Position numbers and translations under genes: made by a program. Shown one piece after another: positions 36,962-44,072 of a DNA stretch of 64,000 nucleotides. This DNA comes from Anaeromyxobacter sp. (lineage in GTDB: Bacteria; Myxococcota; Myxococcia; Myxococcales; Anaeromyxobacteraceae). The notes under the pieces were generated by a model. The model worked only from the letters and a program-made list of their open reading frames with translations, did no database searches and had not been told where the DNA came from. Location: contig JANMRY010000167.1 in NCBI GenBank assembly GCA_031388695.1, forward strand, positions 15,206 to 79,205. Reading direction: 5' to 3'. Position 1 is the first letter of the stretch; every line of letters begins with the position of its first letter.

Positions 36962-39900
36962 TCAGGCGAGGCGGAGCCGGGCGGTGGTCCGGAGCCCCGA
37001 GTCGTGGTCCTTGATCAGCGCTCGCAAGTCCCCGACCGGCCCGGGGTTGTCCTGGGACGGCGGCAGGACCTCCATCCAGCGGGCCACCTTGCTCCGCAGC
37101 CGGTCACGGGCCTCGACGGCCCAGTGCGCTTCGTCGACGTCCGCGAGGAGTGGCGCCCGGTAAAGGCGCGCGATCTGCTCCGCCTCCATTGAATCGGGGC
37201 CCTGGTTGCGTCCCTGCCTCCTCGAAAGCGCCGCCCCCAGGAGCCTCTCGACCTCGAAGGCATCGACCCAGCAGTGCTCAGGCGCGAGCGAGAGCTTGCG
37301 GTCCCGCTGCAACACCACCTCTCCTCCCACGGCACGGCGCAAACGGTACAGGGTAGTCTCGAGCGCGTGCTGGGCGGCGTCACCATCGGCGTCGGGCCAG
37401 AGCATCTCGGCCACCAGGTGCTCGGGGACGTCTCTGCCGCCACGAGCGATCAGGACCCGCAGCAGGTCGAATGGCTTGCGCGGCACCCGACCGCCGGCGC
37501 CGACCAGCCGCCCGTCCCGCTCCACCGTGAGCGGACCCAGGGCCTGGATCCGGACCGGCCAGGGCCAGGCCCTGGGGCGCGGGCCGGCCACGGGTGGGGT
37601 GAGTCGCCACGCGGCGATGAAGGGGAGGACGCTCTCCACCTGGGTCCCCCGCTCCAGCGCCGCGGCGCAGAGCCGCGAGATCTCCTCCAGGCCAAAGTGC
37701 AGGAAGGGGTGAACTCCCTTGTCGCGCCAGGCGGCGAAGGCCTCCACGAGTGGCGCCGCCAGGAACTCTCCGCGACCATCATCCAGCAGCTGCTCCGCTT
37801 CGATGAACGCCGTCACGCAGCGGAGCCAGGCGCTGCCGGTCCGCTCACCGAGCGCCCTGGCCTGGTGGAGCGCGGTCCGGGCGCCCGACCGGTCTCCCGC
37901 CCGGGCGCGGGCTCGCGCAAGCAGCAGCCACGCCATGACCTGGCCCACCGCATAGCTGCTACCGATGGCCAATTTCAGCGCCTCCTCACCGCAGCGGACC
38001 GCCTCGACCGCCTCACCGCGGCGGAGCGCCGCCATGCCGCGCGCGCAGCTGAAGACGGCCCGGTCCACCGCGGCGCCGGGGCGGAGCGAGCGGTCCATGG
38101 CGCGAAGGCGTTCGTTCACGGTCTCGGGCGATCTCAGGAGGGCGACCGAGAACTCCTGTAGCCTGGCCACGAAGTCGAGCGTCCTCAGCCCGTGCGAGGC
38201 GCCGTAGGCCAGGGCCCGCTCCGCCGTCCTGGCGCAGGCGTCGAGGTCTCCGGCGGCGAACTCCGCCGGTGCCTGGCAGCCGAACCAGAGCGCGGCCAGC
38301 GGTGCCGGGGTCCCTCCTCCGAGCGCCAGCTTCGACAGCTCCTTCACGAGGTCGTGGTGTCGCTCTACCTCGCCGATGAGCCAGGTCTCGTGGAGGACCA
38401 GCTGGGCGCCGGCGGCGAGTCGCAGCGCCGGGACCGGGGAGGCCAGGGCCAGGCCGCGCAGCGCCTGGCACCAGGCCGGCAGGGCCGGGTGGTCGGGCTG
38501 AACCAGCATGGCGGCCGCCTGGGCGGAGAGGAGCACCCGCACCTCCAGCTCTCCTGGAGCCACCGGGAAGCGGTCGCGAAGCCGGTCGTGGTCTGCGAGT
38601 GCCGACCGGAGCGGGCTGAGGTCGTTCCACTCCGCGACCACGGCCTGCACTCCGGCCGCCCAGGCCATCCAGGTTCCGGACGCGTTGCCGGCCACCTCGA
38701 ACATCCGGAGCGCGAGCCCCAGCGCCCCCCTGGCCTCGCCTGGGCTTCGTCCCATGGCGGCCATGCCGGCCCAGAGGAGGAGCCACGGGTTCTCGGCGCG
38801 GAGCTCGGCCGGGATGGAGCCGAGCCAGCGCTCGACGGTCTGCCAGCGCCCCTCCTCGAGGGCGTGGGGTGCCTCGCGGGCCACCAGGGCGGCCAGCTCG
38901 AGGACCGCATCGGCCTCCTGCAACAGGCCGATGGCCGCTTCCGCCCCGGCGCGACCCTCCTCGGCCAGCACCAGGGCGGCCGCGCGCCTCACCTCGGCAC
39001 GCCTGGCAGCAGGGAGCTCCTCCTCGGCCCTGGCGCGAAGGAACGCCCTGAAGAGCGCATGGAAATCGAAAGTAGGTGGGCTGGTCTCGAGGCGGAGCGT
39101 GAAGAGCCCGCGCTCCGCCAGGCCAGCGACCAGGGTGCCCGCCTTCGGGTCGCCGGTCGATGCGCCGAGGAGCGCCTCGGTAGCCGGCGGCAGCAGCGCC
39201 GTCTCCATCAGCAGCTGCCGTGTGCTCGGATCGAGCCGCTCGAAGACCTCTCCGGCGAAGAACTGGTGTTCTGCGGAGGTCGGTGATGCCACTCGCCCCC
39301 TTTGGGCCACCAGCACCCGAAGGACCACCCCTGCGGGCCAGCCCTGCGCGTCGCGGGTCAACGCTTCCAGGTCGACACGAGACCCGACGAACCCTCGTCG
39401 CCTGGCCAGGGCCCTGGTCTCGGTCCGCGTGAAGGCGAGCTCGGAGTCGGCCAGGAGGGCGAGCTGGCCGCTGGCGCGGAAGCGGGACAGGGCCGGCGGC
39501 GGTGCAGCCCGGCTCGACAGGTAGACCGGGATGGAAGGGACCGCCTCCTCGAGCAGGGCGCGGAGGAGGCCGTGGAACTGGCCGTTGGCCTCCTGGACGT
39601 CGTCGAGCACCAGGAGCGTTCCGGCCGGCAGGGCCAGGAAGAGCTTTCGGAAGAAGACCCGGGCGAAGGTCTCCTCTGAAGTGCCGTACTCGGCCGTCAA
39701 GGAAGGCAGCGGAGTGCGCGACGGGGCGACCTCGCTCGCGGCCAAGGCCAAGTAGTGGAAGAACGTGGCGTGGTCCTTGTCCGCCTCGTCCACCTTGAAC
39801 CAGAGGACCCGAACGCGCTGGGACTGGAGCCAACTGGAGAGGAGGGTGGTCTTCCCGGCGCCGGGTGCCCCCTCGATCCAGAGCGCCCCTCCCTTCCGGC

Positions 39901-39985
39901 GCAATGCGTTGAGGCGCTTGAAGAGGCGAGGGCGCTCAACGGCGCCAGCTTGGCGTGGCTGGACGATCTTGGCCAGTTGACTCAA
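36962..39985 (-). CDS. STAND-class transcriptional regulator: MalT-like N-terminal ATPase, long helical (TPR-like) region, C-terminal OmpR/PhoB-type winged helix plus BTAD-like segment
   Basis: Walker A is WIEGAPGAGKTTLL and Walker B is LLVLDDVQ, within a MalT-like N-terminus (ERPRLFKRL...). The C-terminus reads IQALGPLTVERDGRLV...RKPFDLLRVLIARGGRDVPEHLVAEMLWPD...ALETTLYRLRRAVG, followed by CWVDAFEVERLL...LYRAPLLADVDEAHWAVEARDRLR. The apparent start is a TTG at 39985. Confidence 0.85.
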   Translation of the reverse strand: MSQLAKIVQPRQAGAVERPRLFKRLNALRRKGGALWIEGAPGAGKTTLLSSWLQSQRVRVLWFKVDEADKDHATFFHYLALAASEVAPSRTPLPSLTAEYGTSEETFARVFFRKLFLALPAGTLLVLDDVQEANGQFHGLLRALLEEAVPSIPVYLSSRAAPPPALSRFRASGQLALLADSELAFTRTETRALARRRGFVGSRVDLEALTRDAQGWPAGVVLRVLVAQRGRVASPTSAEHQFFAGEVFERLDPSTRQLLMETALLPPATEALLGASTGDPKAGTLVAGLAERGLFTLRLETSPPTFDFHALFRAFLRARAEEELPAARRAEVRRAAALVLAEEGRAGAEAAIGLLQEADAVLELAALVAREAPHALEEGRWQTVERWLGSIPAELRAENPWLLLWAGMAAMGRSPGEARGALGLALRMFEVAGNASGTWMAWAAGVQAVVAEWNDLSPLRSALADHDRLRDRFPVAPGELEVRVLLSAQAAAMLVQPDHPALPAWCQALRGLALASPVPALRLAAGAQLVLHETWLIGEVERHHDLVKELSKLALGGGTPAPLAALWFGCQAPAEFAAGDLDACARTAERALAYGASHGLRTLDFVARLQEFSVALLRSPETVNERLRAMDRSLRPGAAVDRAVFSCARGMAALRRGEAVEAVRCGEEALKLAIGSSYAVGQVMAWLLLARARARAGDRSGARTALHQARALGERTGSAWLRCVTAFIEAEQLLDDGRGEFLAAPLVEAFAAWRDKGVHPFLHFGLEEISRLCAAALERGTQVESVLPFIAAWRLTPPVAGPRPRAWPWPVRIQALGPLTVERDGRLVGAGGRVPRKPFDLLRVLIARGGRDVPEHLVAEMLWPDADGDAAQHALETTLYRLRRAVGGEVVLQRDRKLSLAPEHCWVDAFEVERLLGAALSRRQGRNQGPDSMEAEQIARLYRAPLLADVDEAHWAVEARDRLRSKVARWMEVLPPSQDNPGPVGDLRALIKDHDSGLRTTARLRLA

Positions 39986-40106
39986 CGAGACCCCCCGGAC
40001 CTTGGACCTTCAACTATTCGACTGCCCGGCAACCCTGCTGTGACAGCGCGGCTGCGACATTTGGTCAAAACAGGGATCCGGACTTGACGCGGGTCAAGCG
40101 CCGAAG

Positions 40107-40156
40107 GTGTGAGCCGTCCAGGGGGCCGGGTACGGGGTGTGAGCCCCGTGTGAGCC
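40107..40156 (+). promoter_or_regulatory. Three direct copies of GTGTGAGCC (40107, 40137, 40148) in the divergent promoter region
   Basis: The three 9-mers are exact. The last two are spaced 11 bp start to start. They lie between the STAND/SARP regulator and the repeat lipoprotein. A CTTGAC-GCGG-GTCAAG palindrome sits at 40083-40098. Confidence 0.4.
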
Positions 40157-40221
40157 TGCGGCCGCTAGTCTCAGGGACTCCGCGTTTCCTACCTCGTGCC
40201 CGGCCTGCCCGGAGCCAACGC

Positions 40222-42267
40222 ATGCGCTCGATCCTCTCCGCCGCCCGCCTCGTTTCCCTCCTGCTCGTCGCCTTCGCCGCCACGGGTTGTTCCAAAGAAG
40301 CCGGCCCCACCGGCAAGGATGGCGCCGACGGCTCCTCCACGCTGGCGTCGACCACCTCCTTGGCGCCCGGCGCCGCCTGCGCGGCCGGCGGCACCCGGTT
40401 CGACTTAGGGCTCGACGCCAACGGGAACCGCGTCCTCGATCCATCCGAGATCAGCAGCACCGTCAATGTCTGCAATGGCGCTCAAGGCCAGGGCGGTGCC
40501 GAGACCGTGGCGACGGTGGAGCCTCCCAGCGCGAACTGTGCCGAGGGGGGCGTCAAGGTCCAGGTGGGTTCCGGCGCGGCGACCTACGTCTGCAACGGCG
40601 CGGCTGGAACGAACGGCCTGGGCGTCACCATCACCGCCGAAGCACCGGGTGGCAACTGCGCCGCCGGAGGGCAGAAGCTCCAGGTCGGCGCAGGGACGCC
40701 CACGTACGTCTGCAACGGCGCCGCCGGGACGAACGGCCTGAGCGTCGCCATCACGGTCGAAGCATCGGGCGGCAACTGCCCCGCCGGAGGCCAGAAGCTG
40801 CAGGTCGGCACAGGGGCCGCCACGTACGTCTGCAACGGCGCGGCTGGAACAAGCGGCCTGAGCGTCACCATCACGGCCGAAGCACCGGGTGGCAACTGCA
40901 CCGCCGGGGGCCAGAAGCTCCAGGTCGGCACGGGGGCACCCACCTATGTCTGCAACGGCGCCGCCGGGACGAACGGACAGGGCGTCACGCTCACGGGCGA
41001 GCCGGCCGGTTCCAACTGCCCGACCGGTGGTCAGAAGCTGCAGGTCGGTGCCGGTCCCCCGAGCTATGTCTGCAACGGCGCGGTCGGTCCGGCCGGCAGC
41101 GTCCCATGGAGCGTGGTGACGACGGCCACGCAAGCGCTTCCGAACCGGGGCTACATGGTCAACGGAGCGGCGCAGCTCACCGTCACGCTTCCAGCAACCG
41201 GCCTCGCGGTCGGGGACCAGGTCGCGGCGCAGGCGATTGGCCCCGGCGGCTTCGAGCTGGCAGCCAATTCCGGGCAGAGCATCGCCTTCGGCTCCGGTGT
41301 CACGGCGAGAGCGGGGCGCAGCTGGACGCAGCGGGACTCGGTCAGGGCCTGGTATGCCGTTGCGTCTTCGGCGGACGGCGCCCGGCTCGTAGCCGCTGTG
41401 TATGGTGGCCTAATCTACGTCTCGACCGACGCCGGATTGAACTGGGCACCACGACTCTTCTATCGGTCGTGGCAAGCCCTGGCGTCCTCCGCGGACGGTA
41501 CCAGGCTGGCCGCCGCGGCCTATGGTGACCAACTCTACACCTCGACCGACGCCGGCACGACCTGGACGTCCCGGGACTCCGTAAGGAACTGGTATGCTGT
41601 TGCGTCCTCCGCGGACGGTTCCAGGCTGGTCGCCGCAGTCAACGGTGGTCAGATCTACACCTCGACCGACGCTGGCGTGACCTGGATTCCGAGAGACTTG
41701 GCCAGGAACTGGGTTGCCGTGGCCTCCTCTTCGGACGGCACCAGGCTGGTCGCTGCAGCTTATGGTGGGCAGCTCTACACTTCGACCGACGCCGGCGTGA
41801 CCTGGATTCCGAGGGACTCTGCCAGGAACTGGGCTGCGGTGGCCTCCTCCGCGGACGGCAGCAGGCTCGTTGCCCCAGTTTTTGGTGGTGGGATCTACAC
41901 CTCGACCAATACCGGAGCGACCTGGACGCTGCGGGACTCGCCCAGGAACTGGTATGCAGCGGCCTCCTCCGCGGACGGCAGCAGGCTCGTCGCCGTAGAG
42001 CAAGGTGGCCTGCTCTACACCTCGACCGACGCCGGCGTAACCTGGATTCCACGGGGTTCGGCCAGGAGTTGGAAGTCCGTGACTTCGTCCACGGATGGAA
42101 CCAGGCTGGTCGCCGCGCCCTATTTGGGCCAGCTCTACACTTCCACCGCACCGGTCGGAACCGCTTCCTGGATCGTCGCCCCGCACGGCTCGAGCGCGAC
42201 GCTTTTCTACGAGGGGTCCGACACCTTCTTCGTCGGTGACGGCTTCGGCTCCGTCTTTGCTGAGTAG
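40222..42267 (+). CDS. Repeat lipoprotein: short collagen-like Gly-X-Y stretch, five Cys-pair 40-aa repeats, then a seven-blade Asp-box (BNR-like) beta-propeller
   Basis: MRSILSAARLVSLLLVAFAATGCS provides a lipobox, followed by GPTGKDGADG. Repeats carry the core NC-x2-GG-x-K-[LV]-QVG-x-G-x3-YVCNGA-x-G. Seven further repeats have the core W-x3-ASS-x-DG-x-RLVA-x4-G-x-[IL]Y-x-STD-x-G-x-TW. Confidence 0.8.
   Translation: MRSILSAARLVSLLLVAFAATGCSKEAGPTGKDGADGSSTLASTTSLAPGAACAAGGTRFDLGLDANGNRVLDPSEISSTVNVCNGAQGQGGAETVATVEPPSANCAEGGVKVQVGSGAATYVCNGAAGTNGLGVTITAEAPGGNCAAGGQKLQVGAGTPTYVCNGAAGTNGLSVAITVEASGGNCPAGGQKLQVGTGAATYVCNGAAGTSGLSVTITAEAPGGNCTAGGQKLQVGTGAPTYVCNGAAGTNGQGVTLTGEPAGSNCPTGGQKLQVGAGPPSYVCNGAVGPAGSVPWSVVTTATQALPNRGYMVNGAAQLTVTLPATGLAVGDQVAAQAIGPGGFELAANSGQSIAFGSGVTARAGRSWTQRDSVRAWYAVASSADGARLVAAVYGGLIYVSTDAGLNWAPRLFYRSWQALASSADGTRLAAAAYGDQLYTSTDAGTTWTSRDSVRNWYAVASSADGSRLVAAVNGGQIYTSTDAGVTWIPRDLARNWVAVASSSDGTRLVAAAYGGQLYTSTDAGVTWIPRDSARNWAAVASSADGSRLVAPVFGGGIYTSTNTGATWTLRDSPRNWYAAASSADGSRLVAVEQGGLLYTSTDAGVTWIPRGSARSWKSVTSSTDGTRLVAAPYLGQLYTSTAPVGTASWIVAPHGSSATLFYEGSDTFFVGDGFGSVFAE
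40498..41097 (+). repeat. Five tandem 120-bp coding repeats (40-aa Cys-pair module)
   Basis: The 40-aa periodicity is visible in translation. A more degenerate sixth copy lies upstream (~40370-40497). Confidence 0.85.
41320..42150 (+). repeat. Seven tandem ~120-bp coding repeats (propeller blades with S-x-D-x-G-x-TW Asp-box)
   Basis: The string CTCTACACCTCGACCGACGCCGGCGTGACCTGGATTCC recurs almost identically at ~41775, ~42015 and (with changes) in other blades. Confidence 0.8.
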
Positions 42268-42294
42268 CTCCCCGCTCACCGGAGGTTCAACCAG

Positions 42295-42882
42295 ATGTTG
42301 CTCTCTCTCACGCTCCTGCTGTTGATCGCGCCCGTCGCCCCCAACCCGACCACGAAGGTCGAGGTGACGGCGCCGATGGTCGAGAAGTTCGCCCCGGCCC
42401 AGAAGCTCATCTTCGAGAAGACCATCGCCTTCTACAAGCAGCTCAATCAAGAACTGGAGCAGCGGAGAGCGGCCGGCACCCAGGCAACGCCGGCCCAGCT
42501 GCAGGACCTGGCGAAGCGGGGAAAGACGCACGACGAGGAGGTGAAGAGGCTGGAGCGCGAGTCGGGCCTCTCAGCCGAGGAGTGGAAGGCGACGGCGAGG
42601 CTCTTCGAAGACGTCCGCTCCGAGCGAATGGCTTGGCGCATCGCGGGTGGCGATGAGGGGATCGCCAAGACCGAGGCGAGCCTGACTGGCAAGACCGCCA
42701 AGATGACCGAAGCGCAACGCGCCCAGGTCATGGACCAGATGACCGGCGGGTTGCGGCGGGCCAAGACCGCGGAGAAGGCGCGAAAGACCCATGGGAGCGC
42801 GCTGGTCGACCTGGTCATCAAGGTGGGCGATCCGCTCGATCTCCAGATGCAGGAGATGCAGAAGCAGGCCGTCAGGAAGTAG
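42295..42882 (+). CDS. Secreted Lys/Glu-rich helical protein of unknown function
   Basis: A GGAGG lies ~10 nt upstream of the ATG. It has a hydrophobic N-terminus, MLLSLTLLLLIAPVAP. It starts 27 nt downstream of the repeat lipoprotein gene and has lower GC than the surrounding sequence. Confidence 0.6.
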   Translation: MLLSLTLLLLIAPVAPNPTTKVEVTAPMVEKFAPAQKLIFEKTIAFYKQLNQELEQRRAAGTQATPAQLQDLAKRGKTHDEEVKRLERESGLSAEEWKATARLFEDVRSERMAWRIAGGDEGIAKTEASLTGKTAKMTEAQRAQVMDQMTGGLRRAKTAEKARKTHGSALVDLVIKVGDPLDLQMQEMQKQAVRK

Positions 42883-42906
42883 GCCGTCGGTTCAGGCCGT
42901 GAATGC

Positions 42907-43578
42907 TCAGCTGCCGGTCCGGGCCTTGGCCAATTCGTCGTCGGTGCTGATGAGGTGGCCGGTCCGCTCCCGCTTCACCCTCAGGTAGTCCTCCGAGTGC
43001 GGGTTGGAGGGCGAGGGGAGGGCGATCCGCCGCCGCACCTCGACGCCGGCCCTGGAGAGCCCCTCGAGCTTGAGCGGGTTGTTGGTGATGAGCTGGACGC
43101 TCCGCACCGAGAGGAGTCGCAGCATGTCGGCCGCCACGTCGTAGCTGCGCAGGTCGTCACCGAAGCCGAGCAGCCGGTTGGCCTCGTAGGTGTCGTGGCC
43201 GCGGGCCTGGAGCGCGTAGGCCTTGATCTTGTTGCCGAGCCCGATGCCGCGACCTTCCTGGCGCAGGTAGAGCAGGACGCCGCGGCCGCGGGCGGCGATG
43301 GCGTCGAGGGCCCGGTCGAGCTGGGCCCGGCAGTCGCACTTGAGCGAGCCGAGCACCTCGGAGGTGAGGCACTCCGAATGGACCCTGGTGAGGACGGCGT
43401 CGCCGGCGACGTCGCCCATGACCATGGCGACGTGCTCGGCGCCGGTCTTCTTTTCCCGGAAGACGACGGCCCGGAAGGGCCCCCGGTGGGTCGGCAGCGG
43501 GGCCTCGGAGTAGAGCTCGAGCCGCTGGGTCTCACGCCGGTTGGTCCGGTCGGCCATCGCCACCACGGTCTCTGCCAT
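42907..43578 (-). CDS. ribA: GTP cyclohydrolase II
   Basis: TRVHSECLTSEVLGSLKCDCRAQL, LLYLRQEGRGIGLGNKIKAY, DTYEANRLLGF, and ITNNPLK. The start is at 43578 or 43557. Confidence 0.9.
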   Translation of the reverse strand: MAETVVAMADRTNRRETQRLELYSEAPLPTHRGPFRAVVFREKKTGAEHVAMVMGDVAGDAVLTRVHSECLTSEVLGSLKCDCRAQLDRALDAIAARGRGVLLYLRQEGRGIGLGNKIKAYALQARGHDTYEANRLLGFGDDLRSYDVAADMLRLLSVRSVQLITNNPLKLEGLSRAGVEVRRRIALPSPSNPHSEDYLRVKRERTGHLISTDDELAKARTGS

Positions 43579-43865
43579 TTCTGGGTGCCCCCTTGGACCG
43601 GGCTGGTCCGCGCTTGGGATATATGCCCAGCGCGGCGCGCTGCGGCAACCGGATCGACCGGGCCCATCTGGGCCTCGACGCACCGGAAACCGCAGTGATG
43701 ACGGGCGGATCAGGGTGACCGTGGCTGGGCGCCCCCGGCCGTCACGATGAAGTTACCCCACGGCTGGTCACCGTGGGGCAACCGGGGGAGAACCGCTTGC
43801 TGCAGGGCTACTGCAGGAGCTTTCAGGGCCATCTGCTGGCCGCCTCAACCTCCTTTTCGCCGAGT

Positions 43866-43944
43866 CACCATAATACATATTATCGGACATCCGCGTGTAG
43901 CGCCCAAGTGCAAATGTCCGGTCCCAGCCAAGTAGAAATGTCCG
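43866..43944. promoter_or_regulatory. AT-rich island with repeated GGACATTT/AAATGTCC motifs and a possible sigma70-type promoter facing ribA
   Basis: CACCATAATACATATTATCGG is at 43866-43886 and CGGACATCCG at 43884-43893. AAATGTCCG occurs at 43912-43920 and 43936-43944, 24 nt apart. Read on the minus strand, TTGGGC-N17-GATAAT is present. Confidence 0.35.
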
Positions 43945-44006
43945 CCTGCGGCGACCTCCCGTCGCCGTCTCATCCCAGCGAATCGTCCGGTGCGCTGGGA
44001 CACACT

Positions 44007-44039
44007 GGGCGGGGCCCCTCGACGTCGAGAGCCCCGCCC
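44007..44039 (-). terminator. Long GC-rich hairpin immediately downstream of the large surface protein gene
   Basis: GGGCGGGGC ... GCCCCGCCC encloses the 12-nt palindrome CTCGACGTCGAG. There is no clear U tract. Confidence 0.5.
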
Positions 44040-44072
44040 GAACCAACGTCGACGAGCCTGACGGCCCGTTGC

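Noticed and set aside
40498-42150. Non-coding repeat array or mobile element
   Set aside because: Both repeat families are in frame within one long ORF that has a lipobox and conserved structural motifs. No terminal inverted repeats or transposase are present.
43579-43860. FMN riboswitch upstream of ribA
   Set aside because: I compared the minus-strand leader by eye with the conserved RFN cores (GGGCAGGGTGAAATTCCC, ACCGGCGGT, AGCCCGCGAGC, GCCGACAGT..AGTCTGGATG) and none is present. A covariance-model scan would be the decisive test.
43579-44072. RNase P RNA, tmRNA or another housekeeping ncRNA in the large intergenic region
   Set aside because: I found no GAGGAAAGTCCGGGC-type P4 sequence, no tmRNA tRNA-like ends and no tag-ORF features. 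This rests on visual inspection only.
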